A DNA stretch of 64,000 nucleotides from Macrostomum lignano. Taxonomy: Eukaryota. Within the stretch, counting starts at the first letter, position 1; each line of letters begins with the position of its first letter. Shown here piece after piece: positions 1-12,828 of this stretch. The notes under the pieces were generated by a model. It had not been told where the DNA came from, made no database searches, and saw only the letters and a list, made by a program, of their open reading frames with translations. Where the stretch lies: the NCBI GenBank assembly GCA_002269645.1, contig NIVC01001051.1, positions 248,001 through 312,000 on the forward strand, given 5' to 3'. The translations under genes were made by a program, and so were the position numbers.

Positions 1-358
1 CGGATGCTGGTCAGACCTTAGAGCAAAGAAATCTATCATTAATAATGCTAGCTGGCCTCCCCAAGCTACGTACAGCATGTCAGATACATGGTCAGCCCCA
101 AGGTATAGCAAAGATATGTGGCGAACAGCTACGTCCTAAATGTATATAGCTTAAAAGAACATAGCGAGAGATAAGCAGGAAACTTTGAACAGCAGAAATC
201 AACTAACCCGGAGATAAGGCTAATCTGCCGCCACCAGTACGTGAGCGCATGGCTTTCCAAACCAGCTCTTTGGAAATCGGGTGTCAGAAGGGCTCTGAAC
301 TTAACCTACTAACTTGTGTCTTTTAGCTGTCAATCTACAAGTCATAGCCGATGATAAA

Positions 359-1659
359 ACCGTGAGCGCTGAAGCGCTGACATCAGGTGTAAACGCCACG
401 GCCGGGACTGCCGCTGTCTCCGCTTAAGCAGCCGCCTCGAACAACAATGCAGTCGGTGCAAAGCGTACCATACCCTTCAGCAATTCGGTGGTCGTATCAA
501 AGTTAGCTCAGGATGGAACGGTCGTTGAAAGTATTTTGTATTGAACTCTCAGCAAATGGAAACTCGTATCATTGACAGTTCGGTTTAGCTCTATTTTCAG
601 TCAAATTTTTAACTTTGTTAAACTGTAACTCTTACTCTTGTTCTACTTTAAGCCATAACTTGTAAGCTTGCTCATGTATTGACTGCATGCCCATATGCAT
701 GCAGTAGTACTTCCAATCACCGTTAGTGAGGTTTCACAAGTCACCAATAGCCGCAACAGAAAAGCCATGCACTGACAAGCCATATCTAATTTTGGCAGAG
801 GTGGGGAGGGCGGGAGAAGGTGGCAGCAGAGAGCGGGAGTGTGGCGCCGGAGAGCGGGAAGGTGGCGGTAGAGAACGGGAAGGTGGCGCCGGAGAGCGGG
901 AAGGTGGTGGCATTGAGTGGGAAGGTGGCGGCGGAGAGCGGGAAGGTGGCGGTAGAGAGCGGGAAGGTGGTGGTAGAGAGCGGGAAGGTGGTGGTAGAGA
1001 GCGGGAAGGTGGTGGTAGAGAACGGGAAGGTGGCAGTAGAGAGCGGGAAGGTGGCAGTAGAGGGCGGGAAGGTGGCGGTAGAGAGCGGGAAGGTGGCGCC
1101 GGAGAGCGGGAAGGTGGCGGTAGAGGGCGGGAAGGTGGCGGTAGAGAGCGGGAAGGTGGCGCCGGAGAGCGGGAAGGTGGCGGTAGAGAGCGGGAAGGTG
1201 GCGGTAGAGAGCGGGAAGGTGGTGGTAGAGAACGGGAAGGTGGCAGTAGAGAACGGGAAGGTGGCGCCGGAGAGCGGGAAGGTGGTGGCATTGAGTGGGA
1301 AGGTGGCGGCGGAGAGCGGGAAGGTGGCGGTAGAGAGCGGGAAGGTGGTGGTAGAGAGCGGGAAGGTGGTGGTAGAGAGCGGGAATGTGGTGGTAGAGAA
1401 CAGGAAGGCTGCGGTGGAGAGCGGAAAAGTGGCGCCGGAGAGCGGGAAGGTGGCGCCAGAGTGGGGAAAGGTCTGACCAAACGATTGTCTTATCGCTCTA
1501 ACAATGTGGCTGAGTTTGCAATACCTGCATTTTTATATTTTAGTTAAAATAAAGCATAAATTGGCTTGTAGGTATTCTCTTCGTGAACTCTCGTTTTTGC
1601 GACTGTTGCTAAGTCTTGTGGAAATTTTGTTAAATTGGATTCTCTGAGTTCTTTACTTT
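359..1659 (+). repeat. Left arm of a long inverted repeat (foldback-like), partner 8356-9509
   Basis: accgtgagcgctgaagcgctgacatcagg at 359 is the reverse complement of 9481-9509; identity continues to ...gagttctttacttt (1659 / 8356). The arms differ mainly in minisatellite copy number. No TSD at the outer edges. Confidence 0.9.
818..1470 (+). repeat. 21-bp purine-rich minisatellite (gcgggaaggtggcggtagaga)n inside the left arm
   Basis: Direct tandem units; they generate the REREGGG / VESGKVA / PPPSRSL pseudo-ORFs. Confidence 0.95.
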
Positions 1660-2476
1660 CTTTTTTTCAAAGTGCCTCATTGTGCCAGTTTTTAGCATAG
1701 CAAGACAAAGAAAACATGTACGAGCGTACATCTATCTTCAGATGTTTCTTCGAATGTTAGAAAATGGATTGAAATTCGGGAGGGACTATTATCAATAGCT
1801 TATTCGTACAAAACTTTATCACGCCCAGCGCTATGCAATCATTGAAAGATAAGGTGAAATGTTTTAGTGTACTTTATAGGTGCCAATGCAAGTGCGTAGA
1901 GAGAAGGGATCGTTAGGACTGGGAGTCACCAATGAAAGTACAGAATCTATTCTGAATGGTTTCAATGTAATTGCTTACATGTGCACACAACGGACGTCCG
2001 CATGCAACTCCTGTCGTTCCTTGCATTTATTTGTACATTCATTCGACATTGTCTAGATATTTCGCTGTCCTCAGTTCTTTGCAAGACTAATTGATCCTAT
2101 ATAAGGAAGCTTTATGCACTGCACATGTGCTAGCTACATATAGTGGCTGCCTTTCCAGGACGCGAACTCAACGACTAGTGCAAAATGTATTGTACAATAC
2201 AATACGTGCATTAATTACACCTACAATAAAGCACAGTGCACGTACATATACTGTAGGTTTTGATAGGCTCGATGCGGCTCTTATAGCATCATTTACATGT
2301 ACATGTACATCTGCATCCATGAGCATTAGGGTACATTGACACTACATGAAGCATGCAGACTCACTGACTGAGCTGGCCTGATCCATGTGTTCGATTGGTC
2401 TACTCTACATTACATGTACACGCGCACACGTCCTTTGAGACTATTGTAGCGTTGCATCAATGAGCATCTGAGGCAT

Positions 2477-3300
2477 TTACTTGACTTTAGCTGGGGGCTC
2501 AGTGGGTCTGGGGGCGTTAACCTCCAGGGATTTTTCCCTGGAGGTTAACGATGCCTGGCAAAACAGTCATATGACCCAAAGGGCCATGTTCACCGCCCTG
2601 ATGACCCTGCGGTTGGGTCCAAGCAGGGCCCTGCATAGGGCGGACCGCCGCGCCGGATTGCCGGCAGTCGGGGGCGTTTGCCCACCTCTCCCTGCTTTGA
2701 AGCCACCCACTAGTTGATCCGAGTGGTGACAACAGCAATAGGGGTGGGGGCCACGGCCAGCAGGGGACCAGTAAAAAAACCGGCCGAGCCAGCCTTGGCC
2801 AGGCGATCGGCCAGCTCGTTGCCGGTTTTGAATTTGAGCGGAGGGCAGAGCGTGGACGGAATTCCGTTCGAGAGGGTCAGCAGGCCTCTCGCTGCTTCCA
2901 GGTCTCGCAGGCTGAGGTCGCCGGAGGATCCCTTTCTGAAGGCGAACTGCTTCTGGATGGGGCACCTGCGATAAGCAGACGGCGGGTGATTTTCATTGCC
3001 TCCCCTCTGACAAAGTCCAGGAAGGTGTTCATGCCAGCGAAGGGCGTAGATGGAGTCGCGCTCATGATATAGCTCGACAAGCGCGGCCTTGCACCCTGTT
3101 GAGAGCATCAAGAACCCCTTTCACCACTATAGGTCACTGTTCCAAATGAAGCCGGTGAATAAGATAGTCGGTCTCACAATGACAGTACGTGTAAGTCCAC
3201 CAGAGGCGGCGGGGTGAGGCCCCAGTAGCGCCGAAAGCTCTGCGGATGTGCGCGAGAGTCTCAAGAGCTTTGCGGGCTTTGGTTTTGACGTGTGGAGTCC
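2477..3300 (-). mobile_element. 5'-truncated, degraded R1/LOA-like (RNase H-bearing) LINE fragment
   Basis: Minus-strand pieces KARKALETLAHIRRAFG..RRLWWTY, VIVRPTILFTGFIW, LNRVQGRACRAI, SATPSTPFAGMNTFL (RT thumb region) and GNELADRLAKAGS..FTGP (RNase H C-terminus). Flanked by a 14-bp direct repeat AGCATCTGAGGCAT (2463-2476, 3301-3314). Confidence 0.7.
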
Positions 3301-3401
3301 AGCATCTGAGGCATGGCTCCAGTTCAGTACGACTAGTTTATACAGTCAGTCGCGTACTGCTTGATACATGTGCATAAACTTGAATTTATGCACGTATACA
3401 T

Positions 3402-6400
3402 ACAACAACAACAACAACAACAACAAGGTACTGCTCCCGCCGGCCACGCAGTAGCCAGAAAGGGGGGAGCAGTCAGAAAGCGCGTCTCTGGGCCATTGCC
3501 CTCAGGAAGTCGCATCCCCCTGCTTGGTCCGGGGCGCCAGCGTCACTCAGAAGTCGGTCAGGGTATCGCACCGTTCGCCCTTGGTCTCGCCTCCGCGGTC
3601 CCTGCAGCTTGAGCAGCAGCACGTCGTGTAGCGGCTCAGGACAGCGGGCCTCCGACCGGATGACGTGGCCAGCCAGTCGAAGTCGCCGCCCGCGCAGCAG
3701 GTCAGAAGGCCGCGTCAGGCGCGCCCTAGTGTAGAGCGCGGCGTTGGTCTCGCTGCCTGGGCCGCTGCGCACTCCGAAAGCCGCACGCAGCATTGCCGCA
3801 TGCGCAGCGTCCAGCTGCCTCTCCAAGGCGTCCGTCAGGGTCCAAGTCTCGGCGTTGTACAACAGGACAGTCTCGACGACTGCCTGAAACAGCCGAGCCT
3901 TGAGCCCGTCGTCCAGGGCCTCAGATTGGAGCACGGAGCGCACAGATCGAAATGCGGCCCAGGCCAGTCCTCGGCGTCTCTTCAGGTCGTCGGCAACGTC
4001 CGGCACGGAGCCGCCGAGGTACACAAAGCGCTCGCAGCGGGTAAGCATAAATGCATTCCCGGCAGCGTCTCGGTAATTGATCTCGGCCGGCAAGTCGGAG
4101 GGCACCGTGAACACTACCGTCTTCCGCGCGTTCAGCTTAAGGCCGACCCGCGACGCTGCCGCCGTCAGGCCATCAAGCAGCCGCTGGGCACCTTCAGCCG
4201 TCGATGAAAGTAGCGCGAGGTCGTCCGCATAGCCGAGAACGGAGAGCCGCTTCTCCGGGTGCCGCCGACTCGTGCGTCTTCTCAAAAGGAAGCCGTCATC
4301 CAGGTTGGGCAGGCCGGTTCCCAGCACCCAGTCCAGTGCCAGCACAAACAGAAAAGGCGCCAAAGTGTCACCCTGTAGCACGCCTGACGACGTGCTGAAT
4401 TGGTCTGACAGTCCATCTGGCGTCATCACCGAAGCGGTCGTGTCCTGGTACATCGCCATGATGGCGGAAATCAGTTGCTCCGGTACATTGTACGCACGAA
4501 GCACGAGAGGCAGCGCGCCGCGAGCCAGCGAGTCGAAGGCCTTGAGGAAATCAATGAAGATCACCACGAGACTTGACTGATGGATGCGCGCCTCCTCGAT
4601 GATGCGGCGGAGGGCTAGGATCTGCGTCACTGTGCCGCGATGTGGGCGGAACCCGTTCTGCTCAGTTCGCAGGAACTGGTCCAGCACAGGCTGTAACCGA
4701 GCCAGCAGCACCCGGTTGAACAGCTTCGCGGCGCAGGACATAAGCGAGATCCCCCTGTGCTCCTCCTTTCGTGTCGTGCCTGGCTTCTTCGGGATCGCGA
4801 CGATGTGCGCGGTTGTCCACTCGCGGGGCGCGGCATCTCCAGAAAGGAGACCGTTCATCACACGAGCCACCTCAATGGCGACCCTTGTGAGTCGCAGCAC
4901 CTCGATAGGCACCTCGTCCGGTCCCGGGGCGCGACCTCCCGGCGCATGGCGAGCGAACTGCCGAACTGCACAACGTCGTTGCTGGTCACTGGCTGGGTGT
5001 TGAAATCTTCCTGCGACGGCAGCGCCGTCTCGAGCGGCAGTGGCATCACTTCTGGCAGAGGCGGTGGCGGCGCGTTGACGATATCGGCGAAGAAGTCGCG
5101 TAGCTCATTTCTGCGCGCTTCTGGCGTGTTGCCGGTCAAGTTTAGCACCGTTTTCTTCTTGCGACCAGTCAAGGCGTTGATTGTCGGCCATACGAGCCGA
5201 TTCCGTTGGTCGAACCCTGCGGAGGTGACGCTTCGGATGGCATCGTCAACAGCGGCTTGCTGCCGCCTGACATAAACGTCTGACAGGGCTTTCTCGGCCT
5301 CTGCCGTCGGTCTCCTGGACCGTCGCAGCCTCTCGACTGTCCGCCTCGCCTCTTGAACCTCCTTGTCATCCGCCCAGACAGGGAGACTACGGGCTGCAGA
5401 TTTCATCAGTGGCAGAGTTTTGCTCGCTGCCGTCGCTACTGCCGCGCTAATTTCAGAGTAGTTACCGGTGCTCGCAGACTCTCCCAGTGCGGTGGCAAAC
5501 GCGTACGCGAACCTGCCGCGGGTGCTAGAATCTCGCAGAGCCCGGAAGTAGCGGCGTGGGGGTCGCTTGGGCGGCCTGTACAGCGGATCCCGGATGCGAA
5601 GGTTGCAGAAAAGCAGGCGGTGGTCGGATCGGATGGACAGCGGGGCCATCGTGTCGCAGTCTGTCACCCGACTGCGCTCGCGGTTACGAACAAGAATGTG
5701 GTCGAGCTGGGCCCGGCGCGTCGTGGCGTTTTGGCGCGCGTTCCGCTTTCTTCGCTTACAACCAGCAAAAGTCGCCAAACGAAAAGCAGGCTTGCGGAAG
5801 CGCGTGTTCGCCGACACCAGATCTTGCCGCGACATAAGGTCCGCAAGCGCACTAGAGTTGCCATTCTGGCGCGGGGACACGAACGGGGAGCGCTGGGACC
5901 TCTCCGCGACAGCGTTGAGATCGCCAAGCACCACCACAGTGTCACGCATTGCGACCGACTCGAGCTGCTCCGACAGGAAATCAAAGAACTCCTGCGCCTC
6001 ATGCTGATGGGCAGCTGTCGGTGCATACGCGCAGAACACCCGGGCGTTACGGCCTCGCAGTCTCACATCCACACGCAGAAGCCGAGGTGACACGGGGACA
6101 CAGCAGACACTCTGCTGCAGCCGCGGTCCGACTAGAGCGCCGACTCCTCCACGTCCTCGACTGTCCGCTGAGGTGAAAAACAGGGTCCAGCCGGCACCGA
6201 GATCCTCACGTTGGAGGCCGTCCTGCGTCACAATTGAAACTTCCTGCAGCATCACAATGTCCAGCTGCAGATCGGATGCCAGCTGCGCCAGCATTCCCCT
6301 CCTCCAAGCAGGTTTGAGAGTGCGACAGTTGAAGGTGGCAATTCTAAACGCGCTTCCTGGTACAGCTGGGGCCCGGACTTGTTGGGCCTCACGGTCTCCT

Positions 6401-6706
6401 GCGCTACCAGGCAGAACCGATTGGATAGGGGCCGGGTCAAGCAAACTTGCAGACTTGCGAAAACGACCTTTCAGCCGTCCTCGCCTGTTGCGCTCACGCC
6501 GCCGCTGGATGCGCCGGTGGAGACTTCGTTTGCCTCGCCGGTTGCCCTTCCTGCCGCTGTTAGCAGCCGCAGCGTCCGTGTTAGCAGAGCGCGGCTCACC
6601 GCTCTCACCTGGGCAAGCGCCAGCCAGATGGCAAGCGTCACCCGGAGGTCGCAGCATATTTGCACCGAAGTGCAAATTTAATAGAACTGAATAGAATTAT
6701 AATAGA
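3402..6706 (-). mobile_element. Full-length RTE-clade-like non-LTR retrotransposon
   Basis: Single APE+RT reading frame, (TTG)n 3' tail at 3403-3425, 10-bp TSD ACGTATACAT at 3392-3401 and 6707-6716. Confidence 0.9.
3473..6657 (-). pseudogene. APE endonuclease-reverse transcriptase ORF (~1060 aa) broken by one frameshift
   Basis: APE motifs TFNCRTL, LQEV, GDLNA, LDHILV, SDH; RT motifs QNGFR, FIDFLKAFDS, GVLQGDTLAPFLF, YADD, YLG. Removing an 8-bp tandem duplication (cgaactgc x2, 4954-4969) restores VVQFARHAPGGRAPGPDEVPIEVLR. Confidence 0.9.
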
Positions 6707-7699
6707 ACGTATACATGTATACACAAAAATACATGTCTTGTGTGTGCATGGCTTTTGTTTTATGGGTATTGGTGACTTGTGGAACCTCACATAACTGTGA
6801 TCTACGTACTACGTACATTACTACGTACTGCACGTATATATTTGCATCAATATATTGATGCACATATGCACATGCACATATGCATATATGGTACAGTACA
6901 TAAGCTATGAATAGAAATTACATGTACAGCATATACATGTACATGTAGTCAAGTGACTTGACTATATCTGCATGTACAAGTGATTACACATTGATCCCAG
7001 TAAAAACAATCAATCAAGGATGGACCTTGATGGACAAGGATGTGGACCTCCACATTGGAGACTCGATCTAAGCTGTGAACTGTGTTACGAGTATATTGAT
7101 GCAACCCGGTCGTGCAACGAGCGCGCACCGATTCCCAGGATCCGGTGCTGAAAAGCACTATACTGGGCAAGCCTCGTTCCCTATACATAGTCGTACTGCA
7201 AATAAAGCTACAAGTACATGTACAAGTTGGCGAGTTCCGCACAAGATCGTGACATGCAGTAAGTACGAGTACTGTTGTGTCAATATGCCTCAGATGCAAC
7301 GATACCATCAGTCTCAAAAGTATACATGTACATGTAGAACCATCGCACATGGTTCAGGTCAGCTCAGTCTGTCTGCATGTTTTCTGTAGTCGTCAATGTA
7401 CCCTAACGCTCATGGATGCAGATCTATATAATTCTAGAGCGACATCAAGTCGATCAACACCTACATGTGTAATGGTTTTATTCCTGTATATTGGACTATG
7501 ACAAATATTTTGCTGGGTAAAGGTATCGCTTTAATGTACGTTCGCTCTTTTTATAAATAAAGCGAGCACTGCCTCCACGGGGCCTTCGTTGAGTTTTACA
7601 CTGCCAAATACCGTGCGTTACACACCTTCATGTACATTTAAATGCTTTATTGTAGTAATCAAGGACTACTAGACTATATGTATATTCCAATGGTCCTTG

Positions 7700-8345
7700 G
7701 GTGCAACTGTGTCAGGTATTTACCCAGATGCCTCAACGCTCAATCGGAGACGCTATTCCGTAGCTATCGACCCGCGCGATGCCATCAATGACCACTGGAA
7801 CCGTGGTGAGCTCCACTTCTACACTACACTTCTAAAAACAAAATTATCCTTAAGTGGGAGCCGGGGCATGTGAGGATTCGAGGAAATGAGCTGACTGACA
7901 TTCTTGCATTGCAAAAGTTGGCGCCTCCGGCTCCTCTCTCGGGCCCGAACCCCTTTGTACTCTCTCAAGTCACGACTGCTTCTCCAGGCACCAGTACCTG
8001 CAGGGCAATAACCACCGCCATCTGCAACTCCGGAGACGCAACTTCGCGCATTCATGAGAGCCAGACTCAGTTACCTTTGGCCACACACATCAATTATCAA
8101 AGCGCGCAAACCTAAAAATCTTAATTAAGTTCATGCGCTACCTCCAGGCCACCCGCAGGGCTGAACTCTCCTTCCAGAGAGCAACATAGCTGATGGCGAC
8201 ACTGGGGGACCTCCCTAGTCCCTAGTCACCAACCCTTCGTTCATAGCGACGCGTCGGCCGTTCAGGGATTAGCGGAATGGGGGCCCGTGCCTTCCCACTG
8301 TGTCCCCTCCGGAACAGTCATGCAGCTGAGTCAAAGTCAAGAAAT
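7700..8345 (+). mobile_element. Second degraded R1/LOA-like LINE 3' fragment
   Basis: ELHFYT and IILKWEPGHVRIRGNELTDILA are RNase H remnants; it ends in aaagtcaag, like the 2477-3300 copy. Confidence 0.55.
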
Positions 8346-8355
8346 TATGAAAAAT

Positions 8356-9509
8356 AAAGTAAAGAACTCAGAGAATCCAATTTAACAAAATTTCCACAAG
8401 ACTTAGCAACAGTCGCAAAAACGAGAGCTCACGAAGAGAATACCTACAAGCCAATTTATGCTTTATTGTAACTAAAATATAAAAATGCAGGTATTGCAAA
8501 CTCAGCCACATTGTTAGAGCGATAAGACAGACGTTTGGTCAGACCTTTCCCCACTCTGGCGCCACCTTCCCGCTCTCCGGCGCCACTTTTCCGCTCTCCA
8601 CCGCAGCCTTCCTGTTCTCTACCACCACATTCCCGCTCTCTACCACCACCTTCCCGCTCTCTACTGCCACCTTCCCGCTCAATGCCACCACCTTCACGCT
8701 CTCTACTGCCACCTTCCCGTTCTCTACCACCACCTTTCCGCCCTCTACTACCACCTTCCCGCCCTCTACTGCCACCTTCCCGCTCTCTACTGCCACCTTC
8801 CCGCCCTCTACCGCCACCTTCCCGCTCTCCGGCGCCACCTTCCCGCTCTCTACCGCCACCTTCCCGTTCTCTACCACCACCTTCCCGCTCTCTACCACCA
8901 CCTTCCCGCTCTCTACCGCCACCTTCCCGCTCTCCGCCGCCACCTTCCCACTCAATGCCACCACCTTCCCGCTCTCCGGCGCCACCTTCCCGTTCTCTAC
9001 CGCCACCTTCCCGCTCTCCGGCGCCACACTCCCGCTCTCTGCTGCCACCTTCTCCCGCCCTCCCCACCTCTGCCAAAATTAGATATGGCTTGTCAGTGCA
9101 TGGCTTTTCTGTTGCGGCTATTGGTGACTTGTGAAACCTCACTAACGGTGATTGGAAGTACTACTGCATGCATATGGGCATGCAGTCAATACATGAGCAA
9201 GCTTACAAGTTATGGCTTAAAGTAGAACAAGAGTAAGAGTTACAGTTTAACAAAGTTAAAAATTTGACTGAAAATAGAGCTAAACCGAACTGTCAATGAT
9301 ACGAGTTTCCATTTGCTGAGAGTTCAATACAAAATACTTTCAACGACCGTTCCATCCTGAGCTAACTTTGATACGACCACCGAATTGCTGAAGGGTATGG
9401 TACGCTTTGCACCGACTGCATTGTTGTTCGAGGCGGCTGCTTAAGCGGAGACAGCGGCAGTCCCGGCCGTGGCGTTTACACCTGATGTCAGCGCTTCAGC
9501 GCTCACGGT
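8356..9509 (-). repeat. Right arm of the long inverted repeat; contains a shorter 21-bp minisatellite (8551-9050)
   Basis: Reverse complement of 359-1659. Confidence 0.9.
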
Positions 9510-9759
9510 GGCGGTACGTACCAACTATATATAAACTCGATGTGCACATAAACTGGTAAGAAGCTCGTGCTTGGATAGCTTTTGTGGGCGAACTCCGTGG
9601 GCGAGCCGCGCCAGAGACCATAGCAAAGGTGCCAATCGTACAGCAGCTGGGCTCCACCGGTAGTTTTCTCTGAAGAATAAATACGAGTATGTTTTCAATA
9701 AGCTGCACTATTTAGTATTATTACGAGACTACTTTAGCGGGAGGGGGCAAGAAGAGAAG

Positions 9760-10700
9760 AGGGGCAGGGTAAGGCAGACAGCAGGGAATAGAGCAGTGTG
9801 GCAGAGAAGGGTGGCAGAGCAAGATGGCAAAGCAGCGTGGCAGATGAAGGGGTAGAGTAATGAGTAGAGCAGCGTGCCAGAGCAGGATGGCAGAGCAGCG
9901 TGCCAGAGCAGGATGGCAGAGCAGCGTGCCAGAGCAGGATGGCAGAGCAGCGTGCCAGAGCAGGATGGCAGAGCAGCGTGCCAGAGCAGGATGGCAGAGC
10001 AGCGTGCCAGAGCAGGATGGCAGAGCAGCGTGCCAGAGCAGGGAGCCAAGCAGGGGGCAGAACAAGGTAGCAGAGCAAGGGGTAGAGCAGGGGGCAGAGC
10101 ATGGTGGCAGAGCAGGGTGGGAGAGCAGGGGGCAGAGCAGGGGGGCAGAGCATGGTGGCAGAGCAGCGTGGCAGAACAGGGAGCCAAGCAGGGGCAGAAC
10201 AAGGTGGCAGAGCAAGGGGTAGAGCAGGGGGCAGAGAATGGTGGCAGAGCAGGGTGGGAGAGCAGGGGGCAGAGCAGGGAGCCAAGCAGGGGCAGAACAA
10301 GGTGGCAGAGCAAGACGCAGAGCAGGTGGGCAGAGCAGTGGGGCAGAGCAGGATGGCAGAACACGGAACGGAAAGCAGGGAATAGAGCAGTGTGCCAGAG
10401 AAGGGTGGCAGAGCAGCGTGGCAGAGCAGGATGGCAGAGGAGGGGAAAAGCAGGGTGGCAGAGCAGGATGGCAGAGCAGGGGAAAGCAGGATGGCAGAGC
10501 AGGGGAAAGCAGGATGGCAGAGCAGCCTAGCAGAGCAGGATGGCAGAGCAGAGGGAAAGCAGGGTGGCAGAGCAGGATGGCAGAGCAGGGGGAAAGCAGG
10601 ATGGCAGAGCAGGGGAAAGCAGGATGGCAGAGCAGCGTGGCAGAGCAGGATGGCAGAGCAGGGGGAAAGCAGGATGGCAGAGCAGGGGAAAGCAGGGTGG
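9760..10700 (+). repeat. GA-rich minisatellite; 26-bp core gccagagcaggatggcagagcagcgt plus variants
   Basis: About 6.5 perfect units at 9866-10040, degenerate units on either side. Confidence 0.9.
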
Positions 10701-11065
10701 CAGGCGGGCGCCAGGTGGGCGCCGAAGGCAGCAGGGCGCCGGCGGGCGCCGAAGGCAGCAGGGCGCCAGGTGGGCGCCAGGCGGGCGCTGAAGACAGCAG
10801 GGCGCCAGGCGGGCGCCGAAGGCAGCAGGGCGCCAGGCGGGCGCCGAAAGCAGCAGGGCGCCAGGCGGGCGCCGATGGCAGCAGGGCGCCAGGTGGGCGC
10901 CAGGCGGGCGCTGAAGGCAGCAGGGCACCAGGCGGGCGCCGATGGCAGCAGGGCGCGAGGTAGGCGCCGAAGGCAGCAGGGCGCCGGGCGGGCGCCGAAG
11001 GCAGCAGGGCGCCGAGCGGGCGCCGAAGGCAGCAGGGCGCCAGGCGGGCGCCGAAGGCAGCAGGG
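10701..11065 (+). repeat. 28-bp GC-rich minisatellite ggcgccaggcgggcgccgaaggcagcag
   Basis: Period 28 (e.g. 10801 to 10829). Confidence 0.9.
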
Positions 11066-11976
11066 GCGCGCGCGGCCGGACCACACCCGAGGCAATCGAC
11101 AGTCAGTTGCCGCCGTAAGCCGGGTCGAAGCTCCTGCACAGAGGCTGGGGACGTTAGGCTAGCAGCAGCGGTGCTAACCTAGAAGTAGCTGCAGCGTGTG
11201 GCGCTGGTGGGTCCAACGCGGGGGGCGAAAGGCGGGACCACAGGAGCTACTGGGGGCGGGCTGACTGGGCAGATTCGTGCTGCGGGTACTGCTGTGGCTG
11301 CTGGACGGCGGTGCTGCGGGGCTGCGGTGGTGCTGTGCTGCCGTTGCAGTCGGCCAAGGCAGTTGGCTGCCAGGACCGCACAGGGCCGACCAGATAGGCC
11401 CTGCGTTCCGCGCTGGGAGTCGGGCTCACCAATGAGGCGGAAGGCCTTTTAGTTTCAATAGATGGAATGGCAACAAAGATGCTGCACTGCATTGCGCGTA
11501 TATTTATACAAGTGAAAATAGCGCGAGATTATTGAGGGGCCTAGGGAGGTGCGCACATGTGGTGTGGCGTGATTGGCTATGCCAACCCCCCCGGCCTTGG
11601 CTTAGCGAGCCAGCTAGCGCGGTGCGCCACCACCCCACCTCAACTAGATGGAGGTTGGCAGGGAGGGTTTCCAGTGTGGCTGCACTGGTGCTGCCGGTCA
11701 CGTAGTCTGGCCACCACAGGCTAATATATAACAAAATAAAGGGAAACTGGCATGAGCAAAGATTAGAAACAGCTAGGCTGAGGTTGGACTAAAGTTGGAT
11801 TAAAGTTAGATAGAAGATGGATAAGGTTGACTGAGGTTGGATTGAATTCGGATAGTAGATAGATGAGATTAGATTATGGGGCTAAGGTTAGATTAATATC
11901 ATTGATTAATGAAGTAAAACATTAGATAAAAAACAATGGAATGTTTTTTTATATCTAAAGATTTGAACATTTGAAC

Positions 11977-12207
11977 ATGACTGCCATTTTTGACCTAGGC
12001 TTTGAGATGCTGTCACACCTGCCTTACTTCAAGGGGTCACCTGCCAATTTCTATGCTGCTGGCATCAAGAAGTTGCCTGAGAGGTGGCACAAATGCATAA
12101 GCCTCAAGGGTGCCTATATTGAGAAGTAAGAAGAGTAGTGTTACATTTGTTCAATCTGTTAAACTGTTAAACACATTCAGTTGCAGATTTTCTAAACAAC
12201 CCTTGTA
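11977..12207 (+). mobile_element. Internally deleted mariner transposase C-terminal remnant with right TIR
   Basis: MTAIFDLGFEMLSHLPY//FYAAGIKKLPERWHKCISLKGAYIEK* matches the mariner C-terminal consensus; ends aaacaacccttgta followed by TA. Confidence 0.8.
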
Positions 12208-12828
12208 TAATAGGAGAAACCAACTAAATATAAACTATAATAAGAGAAACCAAGTATATAATGAATGTTTTTTTTAAATATAGGGCCTGTTTAACAAAAT
12301 TATAAAAAACAAAAAAATGTTTTATTGATTAAATCCTCTAACCAAAATGGATAAACAGCATTAAGAACAAAAGTTCATACAAGCTTGATTTTTCGCTCAT
12401 CTTACACATTTTTTGCACCCCTAAGCTGAATTTTTTGTCCCTTACATCCAATTTTTGCACCTTTGCTTAAAAATTTGTGCTCCTTATACTCATGTTGGCA
12501 CCCTAAACTTAAACTGCCCCCCAAAATGAAACTCTAGATCTACCACTGCTGGTCAATATTCAATTTATCATTTATGGCACTTAATTTTCCTGTGAACTGC
12601 CTCAGAAGTAGTAGCAGCTACTCATATCCCTGCATCCCCCTGTAAAAAATTCCTGGCTACACCCCTATTTATACATATATATAATCATCGACATCATATG
12701 ATGCAAATTATACAAACAAAATGGCATATAACAAATGGCATATGGCTTTACAGTAATCCATCCATCTATCCAATCCAATATCCATCCATCCATCCATAGT
12801 AGTCGCCTTTTAGCAGTTTGGAAGTGGT

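Noticed and set aside
726-1547. Long low-complexity ORFs (REREGGG, PPPSRSL, VESGKVA; also 8456-9142, 9721-11162, 23895-24563, 25676-27267)
   Set aside because: Open in several frames and strands because they are tandem repeats lacking stop codons; no independent coding evidence
2477-3300. DIRS/tyrosine-recombinase element suggested by the flanking inverted repeats
   Set aside because: The peptide fragments fit LINE RT-thumb/RNase H, not a tyrosine recombinase, and the segment has a 14-bp TSD
3665-6694. Plus-strand ORFs overlapping the RTE element
   Set aside because: Antisense shadows of a GC-rich coding sequence
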